The position numbers were made by a program, and so were the translations under genes. From assembly GCA_964016885.1 (NCBI GenBank), contig OZ024740.1, positions 395,684,001 to 395,748,000 of the forward strand: a DNA stretch of 64,000 nucleotides, given 5' to 3'. Below the pieces are notes generated by a model. The model made no database searches, was not told the DNA's origin, and worked only from the letters and a program-made list of their open reading frames with translations. The DNA is from Eledone cirrhosa. Its lineage: Eukaryota. This document shows positions 39,601-54,800 of this stretch, in pieces. Positions within the stretch are counted from its first letter, which is position 1. Every line of letters begins with the position of its first letter.

Positions 39601-41440
39601 CTATATATATATGCTGATATGGTTGGGGAAAACAATTTTATATATAATGACAAATGTTTATGAAACAAAATTTTGAATATTTATTCAATGTGAAATTTAA
39701 AAAAAAAAAATTGACTGGGTGGATATGGTATTCAACTTCCCGGTTCTTCAGTGTCTTTAGTTCAAATACACTGCAAGTGCTTATGTATTTGGACAAGTAC
39801 ACTTTATTCTCCATGCCTCCTTTCACCTAGCTATTGGAAATATATGCCAAATCATCTAGTAATGTTTCTTGCGGTACCCAATAGAGAAACTTTCTCACCT
39901 TGTGAATGCTGAGAAGCCCAGAACAATGCACTGGACTTCAAATGTAAATGGTTTTAGGGTGGGGAGGGGCACTAACATTTTTTTTATTAATTTATCTTTT
40001 TTTTTTTCACAATGGGGCATTTGTGGGGACTGAATTTTATTAATAAATCATGCAGGATTTTCTATATGATGCAAAATTTTACTAATAAGAGATGTAAAGA
40101 TGTTATTAACAAATACATGACTTCACTAGTAAATGATGTAAAATTTTATTAGAAATTTCAAATTTATGAAAAAATGAAAAATATGTAATAAAAAAGAAGG
40201 AAAACAGAAAAAAAATTCAAATAACCTGCCATAATCTTACCCTTTTTAAAACTCAATAACCATGGTTGATAATGATATGTGACATCTCCTGATACATAAA
40301 GTGATGGAGTATTATTTGAAATCTTTTTTATATTTATTTACACACGAAAAGAAGAAAAAACACACACATACAGCTTTTGGTTAACATACACAAACACAAA
40401 ACACAAGTGATCTTGAAAGTTTTACTCCTTATCATTTTTGTTATAATTTTTTTTTCTTGTCATTGTTATAAGGGCTTTTCTTTTTTAAAACACATGGGAG
40501 AATTTAAGCACAATACTATAAACCAACAAAATATTCCTCAATCACACACACTACTCCCACCTACTACTTGCAATCATGAATTGCACTTCCTCTTGGCTGG
40601 TAGTCATTTTATATAAAACAAAAAAGTAGTAAATTCTGGCATTGCAAAAATATTTAGTTGACTGGTAGCTCCATTATGAGAATGGTGTTACTGAATAGTC
40701 AAGATGTTGCAGCTTTTGATGACAAAATTGTTTCTTGTTAAACAAATCAAAACATGAAGTATAAATCCTTACTTACCAGATATCACAGCAATACCAATGA
40801 CTTTGTGCTAATGTATGAAATGTTTATAAGTTATAGGTAGTGGATTGGGCAGAATTGTTACAGCATTAAATAGAATGCCTTATGGTTTTTTTTTTTTTTT
40901 TTTTGATCTTTGGGCTCTTCTGAGGTCAGATTTGCCTTTTATCATTCTGGATCAATTATTGAGGTTCATGCTATCTCTTTCTCTCTCTCTCTTTCTGTCT
41001 CTCTCTCTCTCTCTCTCTGAATTAGCTATGTTGCTCTGTAAGAATAGTTGTAGGAGATTGCTCATAGTGCCCCTTTCCCCAGAAATAGAAAAACTATTGA
41101 GGGTTAGTAACCTCTTCTCATGCAACTGTCCAGCATACAACATATGTTCAGAAGATTCACAGACAGTGAAACACTAAACTAGCTGCTTCAATGTAGTTAG
41201 TCTAGTAATTCATTGTTCTGAGTTTAAATCTGTCGTCCCTTCCACAGATCAAACATATTTTAGATATACTAATGTTTAGATATACTAATGTTGATTCCAT
41301 ATACAAATATCTATTTCTTATATTGGCATATACTCAGACTACAGTTGAATTAACCTCAGTATATGATGAGCATTTATTTTAAGGTAAAGTTGATTCAAGT
41401 GGGTGTTTAAACTCAGAGCCTATTAAGTCAAAGCTAAGTA

Positions 41441-41613
41441 CAGTGAAATTCCATTATAATGAAATTCATGGGATATAAAAATAAAATCATTGTAATGAAA
41501 AATTCTTTATAACGAGATCCACCGAAACAAATTAAGGATTTGTTTGTTATTACCTCGGGGATCTAAAAAAATTGTGTTATACTGAAGAATTTGTTATAAC
41601 GGAATTTTATCTG
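41441..41613. mobile_element. Tc1/pogo-type MITE
   Basis: TA|cagtgaaattccattataa ... ttataacggaattttatctg|TA: imperfect TIRs with a TA target duplication. Confidence 0.6.
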
Positions 41614-43431
41614 TATTGTAAAGCATTCAGTCCAGTACTCTGTGGTTTTTGCCATTCCACTACTTTAATAGTAATAGAAATTAAAAAGAGTTATTGATTT
41701 TTTTTTTTTTTAAATGATTTCAGTATATTTAATAATTCAATAAAATAAGTAACACTCTCTACTGTTTAATGATATCAAATACAAATAATAATATATTTTT
41801 TTATAAAGTGAGTAAGGGAATTGGTTGTCTTATTCATTTTAATTGTTTGTATATTTAAAATATTTTTAGGTCTATCATCTCTATCTGTTAGTCTGATTAT
41901 AAACAACAGTTGCTCTATTCAACTGACAATTATTGAGTTACATTAGCTATATGGAGATGAATTCAATATCTGTAATGGATGTATCTTGCAAGAATGGACT
42001 CCGTGTTGACCAAATTGACTTGAATTAAGATGCAAGGTTTGTACTGGTGTACAAATAACCCAATAGGTTAATTAGGCTTTGCAAACATTACCATCTTTAC
42101 CCTTCAATCAAATATTGTACACAGTTCCCTCCTAAGTACAAGCAATGATGTAATTGACTATCACCCAGTATATAGTGATTCAGTATCACCACAGTCTAAT
42201 GACTGATACCATATGTGTGAGTGTGGATGTGTGTGTCAGTATATATATATATATATAATTTATTGAGTCATACAGAAATTTATGTACAGGCCTAAAATTG
42301 AATAGAACCTACCTTTTTTTCCTCTCTTTGTATAATTTATCATATTATATGGATGTTGTATACACACACACACACACAAATTCACATATATATATATAGA
42401 GAGAGAGAGCGTCTGTGGTACAAAGACCACAAATCAGAGTAGTACTGCATGGTGAGATACAGAATCGGTATATTAGAGTTAATGCGGTAGAGAATTGACC
42501 ACAAGTAATATATATAGAGCTCACAGTCAATCCCTTACCTTATTAATGTATATATGTATAGAGAGAGAGAGGGAGAAATAAAATGTCTGAAGAGGTCATA
42601 GCTGTTGAATTGTGGCAATCACCAAAATATACATAATGGTAATATAAGTAAATTATGAAATGTAGACTTATACCTCTTGTTTATATATATGTATATGTAT
42701 AGATATATATATACATACATACACATGGGCATGCATACACACACCCACACACTCATTATTCACTGCTAACCAATATGAAAAAGCTAATATATGTGGTGTG
42801 TTAGTGATTTCAATGTAACCTAAGTTTTCTTTAAACTAATCCTCCCCCTTTAATTTCTTATAATAAAATCCCCATTCTCTTTTTAACTGCACTAATATCA
42901 CCACTGCATAGTTGATGTACTTTCTCTTTATTTACATTTTTTTTTTTTTTTGAAGAGTGTCACTCAAAACTTTTATAAATATTCATTCATATATACCTTT
43001 TTCTTTTTTTCTTTTTGTATGTCATTTTTTATCTAGAATCATTTCTTTAGTTTTGTTTGGATACATATTTTTGTTTTACAATATTCTCTGGTTATCCTCT
43101 CCCTCTTTATACTCACAGAATTCTACAGAATATTAAAAAGAAGACATTTATACACTTCCAAATTATTTGTCATTTAATTTAATTTAATTTAATTTTTATT
43201 TCTATTTTTTATTTATTTACCTAATACAATTTATCAAATAAGTTTCTAGAACCTTCATCTTCATTCTCATTATCCAAGCACAGAATCATTCCAAGGTTTG
43301 TTTGCTCCCACTATTGAGGAAACAAAGTTTTACCTCCTCTATATAAGATGTCATCATCATCATCATCATCGTATATATATATATATATATGTGTATGTAT
43401 GTGTGTGTGTGTGTGTGTGTGCATATATTTA

Positions 43432-43472
<41 letters not shown>

Positions 43473-43550
43473 ATATGTGTGTTGGTGTGTGTGGGGGGGG
43501 GGGGGTATATCACAAGTTAACTTACGAAGCATTGAAAAACTATGAAATGT

Positions 43551-43678
43551 TGTCCCAATGCAAATGGCCTTAATAATAGTTGATCACTATAAATAACAAT
43601 TGAGAAAATCTGGAGACGTTTTTCGCAACAATTATTTTATAGTGATTGACTGTTATTATGGTCATTTGTTTTAGGACA
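43551..43678. repeat. Imperfect palindrome or MITE
   Basis: caaatggccttaataatagttgatcactataaa pairs with ttatagtgattgactgttattatggtcatttg. Confidence 0.55.
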
Positions 43679-44688
43679 TATATATATATTTAGCAATTGG
43701 AAAGACCAATGGAAACATTGTTTCCTCAGTCTGATTTGACGAGCCCCACCCCACTCATTAAGTGAATGAGGTCTGGGATCTTGTCGATCAACTGTCGATA
43801 TATATATTTCAATCTATGTCTTTGTCTAGGATATGATATTGAAAGAAAAAGAATTTAACTAGAAAAAAATGTCTAAGCTATCGTTTTTACGTACTTCTTA
43901 ACATCTTTCTTTTAAAACTTTCATATTTTGAAGATTTCCAACGTAGGACAGAATATTCTCTAGCACATTTTGCATATTCCAGTTCTATGACAATTGCTTG
44001 AGTTGCTGCCTGTATTTGGAGTTTGTACTCTTTTTCAAGCATATTGTTGAAGGGGAATGTGTCATCAAAATAAAGACATGTTCTTTATGTTTGTAGGGTT
44101 TTTTAGTTGTTAATTTGTTTTACATATGATATCATATCTACCACATGTTGCCTATTATAAAACTTCACAACCCCCACCCCACATTATAAAACTAATTTGA
44201 TTTAAAATTTCAAATGACATCAGTTAATCTTATCAAGTTTAATAATTTTTTCCATAAGTTTATCAATACGTTTAAATATCTCTTTCAAAATATTTGTTTT
44301 CTTAAGTATATATCCAGCATATTTAAGAAAAAGATTTTAAGAAAATTTATTAACAAATGAAAACAAAAATATAATGTGAAATAAATCATTCTATTTTTTA
44401 TCTGTTTTAACTGTTCAAAACTTTGTTTAATTGAATCAAACAAACTACTCTGCAGCAATATGCAGGAATCAGTCCTAATATGACTGAGATGGTTGTGTCC
44501 CCCATAGTTTCACTTGGGAATAACATTTAAGAAAAGAAACAGAAACACAACTAAATATACTCTTTTTCTCCCAGATGAAATGCTGGCTTATAATATATAT
44601 CTATATGAAAGTATAGGTGGATTCCCAATGGGTATCGGGAGGTGACCACAGTTAAAAAAGATTCTCAATATATTGGTAGAATATAGGC

Positions 44689-44828
44689 ATCTTTATTTTA
44701 TATAGAAATGACTTCTATAAGACTAGAAATGTTGCATTCATATGAAACCATTTGGAAAGTCCTGATGATTTCATATGAATGAAATAGTTCTAGTCCTGTA
44801 AAAGTCATTGCTATATAAAATAAAGATA
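44689..44828. repeat. About 140-bp imperfect palindrome
   Basis: Arms 44689-44752 and 44766-44828 are reverse complements with scattered mismatches. Confidence 0.7.
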
Positions 44829-44848
44829 TATATGTGTGTGTGTGTGTG

Positions 44849-45277
44849 TAGTTTCAAAGAAAGTATGCATAGCTAAGTCTTTAGAATATGAATTCAAAAC
44901 TGTGGGGTGCACAGGACAAAGACAATGGAAAAACGAGCATCCTATCTCCTCAGTCAACCTCTGGAAATCACTATAGTTTCAATACATTAAGGTTGATACT
45001 ATTCATTCCAGTACACAATAGGACATAAAAATAAAACAGGTAAAGACAAAGACAGGACAATTTATGCCTTTCAGCAAATTACACAAATAAAAACGATAGT
45101 TATGTCCTAATGTGCACTGGAATGAACCTTAATGCACTAAAACTGTAGTGATTTCCAGATGTTGATTGAGGAAATGGGACCCAGTTTTCTCATTGATTTT
45201 TCCATTGTCTTTGTCCTGTGTGCTCCACTATTTTGAATTCATATTCTAAACAGCCATGCGAGGTTTTTGTAAACTAT
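44849..45277. mobile_element. Old element with back-to-back inverted copies of a pLTR-like repeat
   Basis: 44849-45030 is the inverted counterpart of 45100-45277; the same family occurs at about 25500-25690. Confidence 0.6.
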
Positions 45278-46229
45278 CATATAATAGACACCATACAGCA
45301 TTAAATATGTTCTGCAGTTGATATTATTTACACACACATACACAGATAAGAGATTTGTAGTAGTGATAGTGGTGTTCTATTGTCAAGTAGTGAGCAACAC
45401 AGACGTGATTCTCAGTGGTGCCATTTCCCTTTTACCTTACAATTTCTATATGTGGCATCAATAGCCTGAAGAGGGGTGGGTGGTCAACTGAGTTGACTTG
45501 CATTTTACCCTCACCTTACCATACTTATAAGAAAGTCACTGCCTGTGATTTTGAAAATAATTAAGAATTTGGAGAGATTTAGTAATATAACTAACTTTCT
45601 CATTATTCTAGTGGAAGGTTTTAGGTAAATATAGACAATTTAAAATAAACAGGAGTGGTTTCAGGTGACTTGGTATCAAAAGGGTTAAATCAAATAAATA
45701 TAAAATCTTCATCAGTAATCCAACACCTCACTCACAGCTATGGAATGTTTCATTCAGACACATGTTGTGATAGAAAAAAATAATAATATTTATCAATGAT
45801 TTTATTTTCTACACAGATTACCTTCCTCAAACATTGTCACCCTGTTTTGTTCTGGGGTTTTTTTATGTTTCCAATTCCCTCATTTACCTAAGTCAGAGAG
45901 AAATTATAATTTAAAAAATTAAACAAAATAAGTCTTTGACATTTTCTAATTTCTCCCTTTCCTCATGCTTGATAACTTCAAAAATGTAATGAGTAGCCTT
46001 TCCAAATGCATCAAACGATTTCAGGTTAAACCTTAAACCATTTCAAATGACCATAGGTTTTTGAAATGTTCATTTGCTGTCCACTGGTTCTTTGAACCAT
46101 GTATATTTATCCTAGAAAGTTTTTTCTCTCTGCCTTACTAGTTTAATCATTATCGTATATATCATTGTTTATAGATATTAATACAGGTTATTTGCAGTTT
46201 AATATTACACATTTACAAGTGTATATATG

Positions 46230-46286
<57 letters not shown>

Positions 46287-47540
46287 ATCTATGCTAGTCT
46301 TTTCTTGGTTTATTACATATTGACAAAATAAGAGAAGATATGGGTTTAAAATCTAAACTGAATTTGAATTTATCTGTTGAAAAATATAATTTGCTAAATT
46401 AGTAATATTCAATTATATAAATATATTACAAACATTGCCTGCATTCCCATTGTAAACACCTAAAACACATTTTACATATAAGTTAGACAAAAGGATAAAT
46501 TATAACAGTTATAGAAGTAGCAGATTTATTTTCTGATCATAGTACTGCCAAGATCAAAATGAATTAACCCGACAGATTTTGAATGCAGTTAAAAATATGA
46601 ACATTTAAATGTGCCTCTTTCTGCCATAAACTGACTCTTTCATAGCAAAGTTAAACTCATTTGTTCATTAATTTCTTTTATATCAAATTATGGTTTATTG
46701 CCTATTGATAGTTTGGTGTTCATCTATAATGTGAGAAAACTTTCATTAAACTCAGTTAGAAGCAGTTTATTTTACCTTAAATACCTGCTTCTACTAATTA
46801 GATGTTTCAAGAATCAAATAACTTTTCATCTATTCCCATTCTATTTGGTTTGCTGAATCAGAAAATAATTTTCTACTTGCATAAATACATTTCTGAATTT
46901 ACATGTAAGAATAATTGATATTTATATTCTACTTAACAATATTCTTTTCTTTGAAGTTCTAATTTTAATTATTTTCTCTTTTGTATAAAATTTGTATACT
47001 AAACAAATATTTAAAAAATTAATGTATTATGCTATCTTTATTTTGTCCTCTATTTTTTCTTTTGAATAATCTTAAATTTCAATTAAAACTGCTACAGTGA
47101 ACATTGGGGCACAATTCAAAGAAAACTGTAGCTAACTCATTCATTTTTCACTAAACTTTTCATGGTCCTCACATTCTTTGCACCCATCTAAAAGATGTCT
47201 TGAGTGGCACTCTTCAATATGGAATATAATAAACAGTCTAAACAAAACTAGATGTAGTTAGTGTTTCTTTCTTCCTTCCTACCTTTGATTGTGATGTAAT
47301 ACATATAGATTTCTCTGAACACTAACTCAATATGGTTGTTGAAGGTATTTTTTTATGTTAATTTTTAATTATATTGCATAAATAGCAGTGATATGTTTTT
47401 TGGACTCTATTTCTGCACAGACAGTCGCCCAATGTGTGAATGGGTTACATTCTTGGAACATGTAAGTACTTAAAAAAATGTTCATACAGCTGGTCTTATA
47501 GTTAATGAATATATATATATATATAGAAAGAGAGAGATAG

Positions 47541-47737
47541 ATAGGAAAAGAGTCAGGACCCCCGACAGCTGAGCTCCGGCCATTTCGACAGCTAGATCTG
47601 AACAGCTAGATGTTGAAATGGCTGGAGCTCAGCTGTTGGGGTCCTGACTCTTTTCCTATTACCCACTCTACTACCCTAAGTATTGAGTACTCTGGTGCAT
47701 TATGGTCCACTTGGTTCCTTACCACACTTTCTTTGCT
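47541..47737 (+). mobile_element. PLE pLTR fragment with a short inverted duplicate (hairpin), related to the 14.1-14.3 kb pLTR
   Basis: 47615-47735 resembles 14159-14278; 47541-47590 is the reverse complement of 47611-47659; (TA)n or (GA)n on both sides. Confidence 0.8.
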
Positions 47738-47859
47738 ATATATATATATATATGGTGTATGACAACTGATAAAAACAATGCCAATCTCCAACTCACAATC
47801 TACAACTAGCAAATTGCTCAAGTTATGGAGTTTATATAACTCGGTCACAAACTATCATC

Positions 47860-48410
47860 AAACAACAATGGGATGGTTGCTGCGCAATATTGAATTGGTT
47901 GGGCAGCTTTCAACAGGAACAAGAAAGTACTAACATCAAAAAGAGTTTCCTATCATTTGAAGGCTAAGATCTTTGATACTTACATCCTACCAGTTGTGTT
48001 ATATGGTCTTGACTGTGTTAATTGGACGTCAAGGTCACTTCAGAAGTTCTCTACATTCCAGAACCACATCATGAGACTTATGACTGGCAAGCAGTTCAGC
48101 GACTGTATCTGTATCAGTGAGCTGCTCAACATTACCAAACTTAGATCAACTACATCAATTGTCAAGTCAAGAGTACTCAAACTATATGGTTATATAAAAA
48201 GATCAACTCGTGGTGTGAGTAGGTTATGCCTGGAAGGAATGTTGGCTGGTAAGAGAATCATAGGCCGGCAGCCAAAACGATGGCTTGATAATGTCAGTTT
48301 AAGGACTTGACTTGATCTTTGCTCTTTAAACTCTGCTGCTGGTGATCAAACTTTGTGGAAAAAAATATTTCATGCTGATGCACAGTCTGTAACAGACGGA
48401 TTTTAGCATC
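47860..48410 (+). mobile_element. LINE RT C-terminal fragment
   Basis: KAKIFDTYILPVVLYG..W...RVLKLYGY...GKR..GRQPKRWLD. Confidence 0.75.
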
Positions 48411-48743
48411 ACAAGAAATATATATATTGTATATATATATATATTTTATTGTATATATATATTTTACATCCGATTTTCCCTGCTTGCAAGGGTGGGACGG
48501 GAACTGATTCTGGCTTGATTTCTACAGCTGGATGCCCTTCCTAACACCAACCTCATTTACAGTGAGTGCTGGGTGCTTTTTTTTTGTGGCACCTCCACGA
48601 CCACTTTGCAATGGAATGATATGGACCGCAGTCCCTATCATCTCATTTCTACAGCTGAGTAAACTGGAGCAATGTGAAATAAAGTGTCTTGCTCAAGGAA
48701 ACAACACATCACCCGGTCTGAACAACACATCACCCATATATAT

Positions 48744-48894
<151 letters not shown>

Positions 48895-48974
48895 ATTATA
48901 TATATATATATATTATATATATATATATATATTATATATATATATATATATTATATATATATATTATATATATA

Positions 48975-49052
<78 letters not shown>

Positions 49053-49060
49053 ATATATAT

Positions 49061-49094
<34 letters not shown>

Positions 49095-49260
49095 ATATTT
49101 ATATATATATTATACTAACGAAGTAATTCCATCGGAAAGGTCCAGGAATATTATATATATATATATTATATTATATATATATATATATTATTTATATATA
49201 TTATTTTATATTATATTATATATATATATTATATATATACATATATATATATATATATTA

Positions 49261-50585
49261 TGTATGATGCCTGCATACGAACAGCAATGTTACATGGCAG
49301 TGAGACTTGGGCATTGTGTGCAGAGGATATACGCAGACTGGAGAGGAACGAAGCTTGCATGCTCCACTGGATGTGTAATAGTAATATACGTGAATGGCAA
49401 AGCATAAACGAACTAGGGGAGAAATTAGGAATAAGAGGGATCAGATGTTGTTTACTCAAGAGAAGAGGTACGGTCACATGATGCGCATGAAAGACGACAG
49501 CTGTATAAAAAAGTGCAGGGCGATAAAAATAGACGGTAGCCACGGAGTAGGCAGACCCAGAAAAACCTGGGACGACTTGATAAATTCCGACCTCACACAC
49601 TTACACCTCTCCAAGACAATGTCACAGGACCGAGATCTTTGGCGCTATACAGTAATACAGAAGACCTGCCTTGCCTAAGTACAAAGCAAAACCTACAGTC
49701 AGTAGGCACCTCTAACAAAAATACACCCCCGTCCCACTACCTCCACCCCATCCACACCACCCCTTTCAATGTAAAGTTATGTTCATACCACAACATCCAG
49801 GCCGAAACAAATGAGGTCGTGTAGGTGTCACAACAAAAAAAACACACAGTCCACGCTCTAATGTGGCCGTGTAGGTAACACAGTAAAAACCTCCCAGTCC
49901 AGTCCACACTGTAAACGTGGTTGGTGTTAGGAAGGGCATCCAGCCGTAGAAAACCCACCAGACAGTCCTATATGAGCAAGTCAACCAATCTTGCCTCAAG
50001 TGGGAAAATTCCCGTCCAAACCCATGCAGACGTGGAAGATGGACGTTAAATGATGATGATGATGATGATATATATATATACATATCTATAAAATCCTGGG
50101 ACGAGCTGATAAACTCCGACCTCACACACTTACACCTCTCCAAGACAATGTCACTGGACCGAGACCTTTGGCGGTACTCAGTAATAGAGAAGACCCGCCT
50201 TACCTAAATACATAGTAAAACCTACTACAGCCAGTAGGCATCTCTAACAAAATACACCCCCGTCCCACCATCGACACCACCCCCTCCTATGTAAAGTTAT
50301 GTTGGTGCCACAACATTCAGGCCGAAACAAATGAGATCATGTAGGTGTCACGACAAAAAAAACACACAGTCCACGCTGTAATGTGGCCGTGTAGGCAACA
50401 CGGTAAAAACCTCCCAGTCCCACACTGTAAATGTGGTTGGTGTTAGGAAGGGCATCCAACTGTGGAAAACCTGCCAGACAGTCCTATGCGAGCAAGACAA
50501 TCACTCTTGCCTCAAGTGGGAATACCCCCGTCCAAACCCATGCAAGCGTGGAACACAGACGTTAAACGTTGATGATGATGATGAT
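49261..50585 (+). mobile_element. Two tandem 5'-truncated RTE copies (49261-50068 and 50091-50585)
   Basis: YDACIRTAMLHGSETWAL matches 54505 onward; each copy ends in a 3' UTR and (GAT)n. Confidence 0.85.
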
Positions 50586-50598
50586 ATATATATTATAT

Positions 50599-50631
<33 letters not shown>

Positions 50632-50650
50632 TATATTATATATATTATAT

Positions 50651-51575
50651 AGTTATTTACCATGCTACCCTCTCTCAGTTATTTACCATGCGACCCTCTC
50701 TCAGTTATTTACCATGCGACCCTCTCTCAGTTATTTACCATGCGACCCTCTCTCAGTTATTTACCATGCGACCCTCTCTCAGTTATTTACCATGCGACCC
50801 TCAGTTCCTACCCCCCCCTCTCTATGCACTTCTTTAAGGCTTACTACCCTGTCTTTAACCTAATTCATTCAATCTGAAAATATTGAAGAGATAAGACACT
50901 TTCCCATTCTTCTCTGCTAAAATGTATCACTAGAGTTGATTCCAATTTTTCCAGCCATCCATCTAATCTACGAAGGTATTTTAGCCTACATATTGTTGTT
51001 AATATTATGATGTTCCCTGCTGTATTAGCGTTAAATTTTCCCTGCTGTATTAGCGATAAATTTTCGAGGGTTTCTCTTAGTAGTTTTTCATGACGTTATT
51101 ATTGTTAATTTTACTGATGTAGTATTAACTTGGATATTTACCATGCGGTATTCTAATCCTATTGTATCTCTCTCAGTTATTTACCATGCGACCCTCAGTT
51201 CCTACCCCCCCCCCCTCTCTATGCACTTCTTTAAGGCTTACTACCCTGTCTTTAACCTAATTCATTCAATCTGAAAATATTGAAGAGATAAGACACTTTC
51301 CCATTCTTCTCTGCTAAAATGTATCACTAGAGTTGATTCCAATTTTTCCAGCCATCCATCTAATCTACGAAGGTATTTTAGCCTACATATTGTTGTTAAT
51401 ATTATGATGTTCCCTGCTGTATTAGCGATAAATTTTCGAGGGTTTCTCTTAGTAGTTTTTCATGACGTTATTATTGTTAATTTTACTGATGTAGTATTAT
51501 CTTGGATATTTACCATGCGGTATTCTAATCCTATTGTATCTCTCACAGTTATTTACCATGCGACCCTCAGTTCCT
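50651..51575 (+). repeat. Tandem arrays at the RTE 5' end: 26-bp unit x5, then roughly 394-bp and 372-bp units
   Basis: agttatttaccatgcgaccctctctc repeats from 50651; long units start at 50781, 51175 and 51547. Confidence 0.85.
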
Positions 51576-51819
51576 ACCTCACAATTTCCCTCCCCCCACC
51601 CCCACACACACCACCATAGTCTATTCGACCAATCAAACCTAGCATGCCATTTCCACTGCTGCTGCTACTACCTGCCTAACTAACTCTCTCCTCCTCTGGC
51701 GCATCCCAACACACCCTGCCATTACCCCACCACCACTGTTCTTCTAGCCCTCATATTTCCCACCGTTATGGATGGATGAGCTGGGAATACACGAGCAACT
51801 CTGAATCAATAGATGAAAT

Positions 51820-54800
51820 ATGAATCTGCGAGCTACCAAGCACCCACGTGAAGCGCCAACCCAGAGACGCTCCCCTACGAGTGTCGACAAATGCCCAAAA
51901 CTCCGAGTTGGTACCATCAATGTAGGCTCAATGAAAGGAAGAGCAGGAGAAATCGTAGAAATGCTAGAGCGAAAGGAAGTTGATGTATGCTGTGTGCAAG
52001 AGACTAGATGGAGAGGAGGGTTTGCTAGAGTCCTTGTAGGAAAAAGCCAGTGCTACAAATTTTTCTGGGTGGGAAATGACGATGGGATGGGTGGTGTAGG
52101 TATACTATTAGCTGACAAGTGGGTAGATAAAGTAATCTCAGTGTACAGGGTAAATGCAAGAATCATTAAACTCAGACTAGTCCTGAATAAGACAATTACC
52201 ACAATAATATCAGTTTACGCACCCCAATCGGGGCTGCCAGACGAACTTAAGGATAGGTTTTACGAGTCCCTAATACACACTACTGCTCTAACAGACGACA
52301 AGGACTTCCTAATCATTGCAGGAGATTTTAACGGACACGTAGGTAAACACTGCGACGGCTTCAATAGAGTACATGGAGGCCATGGAGTTGGCACAAGGAA
52401 TGAGGAAGGATTCAGACTTCTAGAATTCTGCGACGCCAATGACATGTCGATATGTAACACAAACTTTAAAAAACCCGACAACCACCTGATCACCTATAGA
52501 TCAGGGGAGCACTCTAGTCAGTTAGATTTTATCCTCATCAGAGGACGTGACAGATGGACGGTTGTAAACACAAAAGCCTTCCCTAGTGAGGAATGTACAT
52601 CCCAACATAGCTTAGTTGTCAGTGACCTCACGGTCAGAACTAGACGAGCCCTGAAACAGAGGCCAACCTGGAGAAGAAAGATCTGGAAGCTGAAAGTCCC
52701 CTCAACCAGTAACAGATTTAAAGATATTTTACTCAACGCCTACGACAGTAAAGAAGAACAGATAGAGACATTTAACGTAGAAGAGAACTGGGAGTTCCTA
52801 AAAAATAACTTACTAGAGGCGACGGATGAGGTTTATGGCTGGAGTAAGACCTCAAGCAGGAGGAGAGTGACTTGGTGGTGGAACAATAAGGTAGATGAAG
52901 CAGTCAAGGCCAAGAGACAGGCATGGAAAGAATGGAAGAACGGGGGGAGCAGGGTACATTACATAGAGACCAAGAGGGAAGCTAGGCGACAAGTATACTT
53001 AGCTAGGAGGGAAGCAGAGGATAGAAAATGCAAGCATGTTTTACAACGTGAGGACCAAAAACAGGAGGTATTCAAGATTGCGAGGCAGTGTGTCAGAGAT
53101 AGTTGTGATGTCATTGGAGAGAAGTGTATCCGGAATGATAAAGGTGAGCTTGCCCTCACAAGTGCTGAGAAGAAAGATGCATGGAAGAGTCATTATGATA
53201 GATTACTAAATGAGGAGAATGCATGGGAAGAAGAGACCCTACCCCACGTAGACCCTATAGAGGGACCAGCAGTACAAGTCAGCGGCAGCGTAGGAAGTAA
53301 GGCAATCAGAGATATGAAGATAGGGAAGGCAACCGGTCCATCGGGTATAGCTGCCGAGATGCTGAAGGCATATGGGTCTGTAGGTCACACTATAACCACA
53401 CGTATCGTTAACCAGGTAATACTAGAGGGGGCCATACCAAAAGATTGGTGCAGTAGCATCATTGTCAACTGCTACAAAGGTAAAGGCGATGCACTAGATA
53501 GAGGAAACTATAGAGGTATAAAGTTGATGGACCAGGTCATGAAAGTAACAGAAAGAGTTATAGCACAGCTGATTAGGGACCGGGTGAATATAGACGAGAT
53601 GCAATTTGGGTTTGTACCAGGGAAAGGCACCACTGATGCCCTCTTCCTTGTGAGGCAATTACAGGAAAAGTACCTAGCTAAAAGTAAGCCACTCTACTTG
53701 GCATTTGTCGACCTTGAGAAAGCCTTTGACAGAGTTCCACGTGCAGTAATCTGGTGGGCTCTTAGAAAACTAGGAGTAGATGAATGGCTTGTGAAAGCGG
53801 TACAAGCCATGTATAGGGGAGCAGTCAGCAAAGTTAGGATTGGCAATGAGTATAGCGAGGAATTTAGCGTACAGGTTGGGGTCCACCAGGGCTCTGTTCT
53901 TAGCCCTCTCCTGTTCATCATAGTCCTGCAGGCAATAACGGAGGAGTTTAAGACCGGATGCCCATGGGAACTCCTGTATGCTGATGACCTCGCACTCATA
54001 GCTGAATCTATGGTAGAACTAGAGAATAAATTCCAAACCTGGAAGCAGGGACTAGAGAGAAAGGGCCTCAAAGTCAACATGACAAAGACTAAGGTCCTTA
54101 TAAGTAGACGAGAAAACAGAACCCAGATCCCCTCAGGGAAATGGCCTTGCTCAGTATGTAGGAAAGGTGTAGGTAGGAACTCCATTCTCTGCCCCAAATG
54201 CAAACAATGGGTACACAAGAGATGTAGCGGGATCTCAGGAAGCTTAATTAAGAATGTAGGATTCACATGCAGCAGCTGTGCTGAAACAGCAAGCAAACAG
54301 CCACAGGAAACAAGTACCACCAATCTCTGGGAGGGCCCTGTAGAAACAGTAGACAGCTTCTGCTACCTAGGTGACCGAATTAGCAACGGAGGTGGGTGCT
54401 CAGAAAGTACAATAACTAGGGTAAGAACGGGATGGAAGAAGTTTAGGGAACTACTACCACTGCTAGCTGCAAAAGGCTTCTCCCTCAGAATGAAAGGCAG
54501 ACTGTATGATGCGTGTATCCGAACAGCGATGTTGCATGGTAGTGAGACCTGGGCGCTGAAGGTGGAAGACTTACGTAGATTAGAGAGAAACGAAGCCTGC
54601 ATGCTCCGATGGATGTGTAACAGTAATATACGTGAACGACAAAGCATAAAGGAATTGAGAGAGAGACTGAGCATAAGAGGAATCAAATGCTGCGTGCAGG
54701 AGAGGCGGTTACGCTGGTATGGACATGTGATACGTATGAAGGATGACAGCTGCATAAAAAGGTGCAGAGCACTAGAAGTTGATGGAAACCGCGGAGTGGG

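Noticed and set aside
42583-42640. Further CUGANGA hits (42587, 45466, 36367)
   Set aside because: They lack a correctly placed GAAA, stem III or NUH, so they cannot be supported as ribozymes.
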